Source: Chitinophagales bacterium
Lineage (GTDB): Bacteria; Bacteroidota; Bacteroidia; Chitinophagales; UBA10324
Direction of reading: 5' to 3'
Length of the DNA stretch: 64,000 nucleotides
Assembly (NCBI GenBank): GCA_039810885.1
Contig: JBDHXV010000007.1
Location: forward strand, 1,695 to 65,694
Notes under the pieces: model-generated
Databases searched by the model: none
Told to the model about the DNA's origin: nothing
What the model saw: the letters and a program-made list of their open reading frames with translations, nothing else
Translations under genes and position numbers: made by a program
Shown here: positions 61,949-64,000 of the stretch, piece by piece
How positions within the stretch are numbered: the first letter of the stretch is position 1
Layout of the letters: the number at the start of each line of letters is the position of its first letter

Positions 61949-64000
61949 ATGATGCAACTAAAAATATTTCGGCTAATTGTAATTCTTTTTACCGTATTAT
62001 TTATTAATAAAGCGAGTATAGCACAGATTATTGGAGATTATCGCAGCAAGCAAACCGGTAACTGGAATGATTTTAATACATGGGAGCGCTATGATGGAAG
62101 TGCATGGGTGGCAGCTTTAAGCGGCCAAACTCCCGGAGTTGCACCTGCCTGCAATGTTTTAATCCGCAATCTGCATCTGCTTACCTTAAATGCAACACCA
62201 GTCAATAGTTTAAATAGCCTTACCATTGGTGAGGGAGCCGGTGGCATTTTAGAGTATTATAATAGTTCTACCACCGTAACACTTACTATTGACGGTATTT
62301 TTAATATGAAATCGGGTTCTATATTTCGCAGTTATGCGACTCCAACAGTGAACGGTACACACATGTTAAAGATTGGTGGAGACTTTATTAATAATGGAGC
62401 AATTACATTAAGGCAAACATCTGGCATTTATACCGCTGCAGTTAATGTTTCTTTCAACGGGGCATCAGATATAAAATATTACGGTAATGGAAGTGCATTA
62501 TTTAATAACCTTATTCAAGACAATACGTTTTTACCATCGGGCGTAAGTATAAATAACACTATTACTGTTGCCGGCAAGCTTTCTATAAGTGCAGGTAATA
62601 TCTTAACGCTTAATGCAGTAACTGTTAATTTAAAAGGAACACTTACCGCTCTGGAAATTTTTGGCACACTACTCGATGCAGGAAATTCGACATTAATTGT
62701 TAATGGAACAGCGGCACAACAACTAAGCGTTAACGATTTTGAATTAAGCAATCTAACTATTGACAACACGGCAGGAGTAAGCCTTAGTGGCGGCGGCAAT
62801 GCGATGATCACCGGCACCTTAACATTAATTTCAGGAGTATTAAATATAGGGTCTTCTGATTTGATGCTTTATGGCAATCTTAGCATCAACAGTGGGAGCC
62901 TTTCGGGAACGAACACGTTATCCGGAATAACAGTTGGAGAAAAAGTACCCAACACGCAAGCAACGCTAACGCTACCGGCTATTGGTGGCACAGGATTGAA
63001 AAACCTAACAGTGAGAAGAAGCAATGGTGTTATTCTGGGAGCACCACTTACGCTTGGAAGTGGAGGCATACTTACCTTGGAGCGAGGTATAGTTAATACA
63101 ACGGCAACTAATTTATTGACGATTACAAATGCCACAGTTACGGGATCGAACTTATCTATTACCGTAACAAGCCCTGCGGGAAACTCGTGGGTACGGGGGC
63201 CTATACGAAGACAACATAATTTCTCGTCAGCATCTGTTTATACTTTTCCTGTTGGAGATGGAAATTATCAGGGAATGACAGTGGCGTTTAATGCAGCAGT
63301 CAACAGCAACAGCCTTACCGCAGAAGTGACTGATGGCAGTAGCGGAGGTAATGCAGGAACAGGGATGGGAGGAGCGCTATTCAATCGTTACTGGAAAATG
63401 AATTCAGGAAGTTCTATTGCGGCAGCGGCAACGATAAAAATATATGATTTAGAAAATGCTTACACAGGATCTGTTATTGGGTATGCTGCAACCCAGACGG
63501 GAACATATAACAGCATAGGTGGTACAACAAGTCAAAATATAGTTACATCTACAACCTATGCAGTTCCAAACCCGATTAGTGCAGCCTATTTTACTATGAC
63601 GGTAGCTCCGGTTTTAACCTCAGGGATATACAGCCTACCGGGGACAGTCAATGCAAGCACAGTAAGCAACCTATCTCAATTAGCAGCACTGTTAAATACC
63701 GGAAGTTTTGTTATTAACGACACCACTATTTTTGAATTTGACGCTACATATCCGACTGCCATTGAAACCTTCCCGATTTTGTTTAATCGTTTTTATGGAA
63801 AAGGTCAGGTTATCATCAGACCAGCCTCATCAGTTGCTACGACATTAGAAACAAAAGGGGATGCCGGCTCAAGTAATGCACTAATCTCTTTCAATGGCAC
63901 TCAAAATCTAATTTGGGATGGGGTGCCGGGCGGGGCATCTGTAAGCAATACTCTTGCAGACATAAAATGGATTGTACGTAATACGCGAACCTTAGCAACA
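61949..64000 (+). CDS. Large secreted repeat protein (likely parallel beta-helix/adhesin-like); 5' part only, continues beyond the window
   Basis: Own translation gives MMQLKIFRLIVILFTVLFINKASIAQIIGDYRSKQTGNWNDFNTWERYDGSAWV. The frame stays open for 684 codons to the window end, with recurring G/T/N/L-rich approximately 25-aa segments (..TLNA.TVNL.GTLT..). It is absent from the ORF track because it is not closed. Confidence 0.75.
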   Translation, partial: MMQLKIFRLIVILFTVLFINKASIAQIIGDYRSKQTGNWNDFNTWERYDGSAWVAALSGQTPGVAPACNVLIRNLHLLTLNATPVNSLNSLTIGEGAGGILEYYNSSTTVTLTIDGIFNMKSGSIFRSYATPTVNGTHMLKIGGDFINNGAITLRQTSGIYTAAVNVSFNGASDIKYYGNGSALFNNLIQDNTFLPSGVSINNTITVAGKLSISAGNILTLNAVTVNLKGTLTALEIFGTLLDAGNSTLIVNGTAAQQLSVNDFELSNLTIDNTAGVSLSGGGNAMITGTLTLISGVLNIGSSDLMLYGNLSINSGSLSGTNTLSGITVGEKVPNTQATLTLPAIGGTGLKNLTVRRSNGVILGAPLTLGSGGILTLERGIVNTTATNLLTITNATVTGSNLSITVTSPAGNSWVRGPIRRQHNFSSASVYTFPVGDGNYQGMTVAFNAAVNSNSLTAEVTDGSSGGNAGTGMGGALFNRYWKMNSGSSIAAAATIKIYDLENAYTGSVIGYAATQTGTYNSIGGTTSQNIVTSTTYAVPNPISAAYFTMTVAPVLTSGIYSLPGTVNASTVSNLSQLAALLNTGSFVINDTTIFEFDATYPTAIETFPILFNRFYGKGQVIIRPASSVATTLETKGDAGSSNALISFNGTQNLIWDGVPGGASVSNTLADIKWIVRNTRTLAT

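Noticed and set aside
62515-63135. Two minus-strand ORFs (100 and 88 aa)
   Set aside because: They lie inside the long open plus-strand frame starting at 61949, and they have P/V/L-rich shadow-type composition.

Overview
This is a 64-kb chromosomal segment from a low-GC Bacteroidota-type genome. The evidence for that assignment is T9SS C-terminal sorting domains, TAnnTTTG -7 promoter boxes close to start codons, a BshA-type GT4, an S46 peptidase and DUF4290-murA synteny. I support about 57 protein-coding genes, and I saw no rRNA, tRNA, CRISPR array, transposase or integrase. Most of the window is housekeeping. It includes rimP-nusA-infB, a TetR-paaABCD-nadD string, nadA, mnmG, ybeY, xth, hpt, bshA, queA, mutL, glgB, a UvrD-family helicase, nadK, pabA/trpG, murA, and GH13/GH31 starch genes. 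The most unusual locus is a nine-gene, translationally coupled minus-strand string running from hpt (33275) to xth (24008). Its core (24772-32740) encodes a PIG-L deacetylase, a GT4-like glycosyltransferase, a HisH/HisF-like glutaminase/cyclase pair and a 984-aa tri-modular fusion. That fusion has a GT4-like module, a WbuX-type PP-loop N-acetyl-sugar amidotransferase and an extra GT4 N-half. A FemAB-like transferase and a SAM methyltransferase complete the core. There are no Wzx/Wzy/Wzz, initiating-transferase or nucleotide-sugar synthesis genes. I propose it is a self-contained sugar-tailoring and transfer module, possibly analogous to the Porphyromonas Vim pathway that builds the T9SS cargo linking sugar. 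This is inference only. Other non-coding signals worth a look:
- A terminator-like hairpin in the rimP-nusA-infB leader.
- A perfect operator palindrome overlapping the -7 box of the TetR/paa promoter.
- Four exact copies of ATGTTAATTA, with helically phased TGTTAA repeats, upstream of nadA.
- Twin CACGTG-centred palindromes between ybeY and mnmG.
- A fossil T9SS C-terminal-domain fragment.
- A G9 tract inside glgB.
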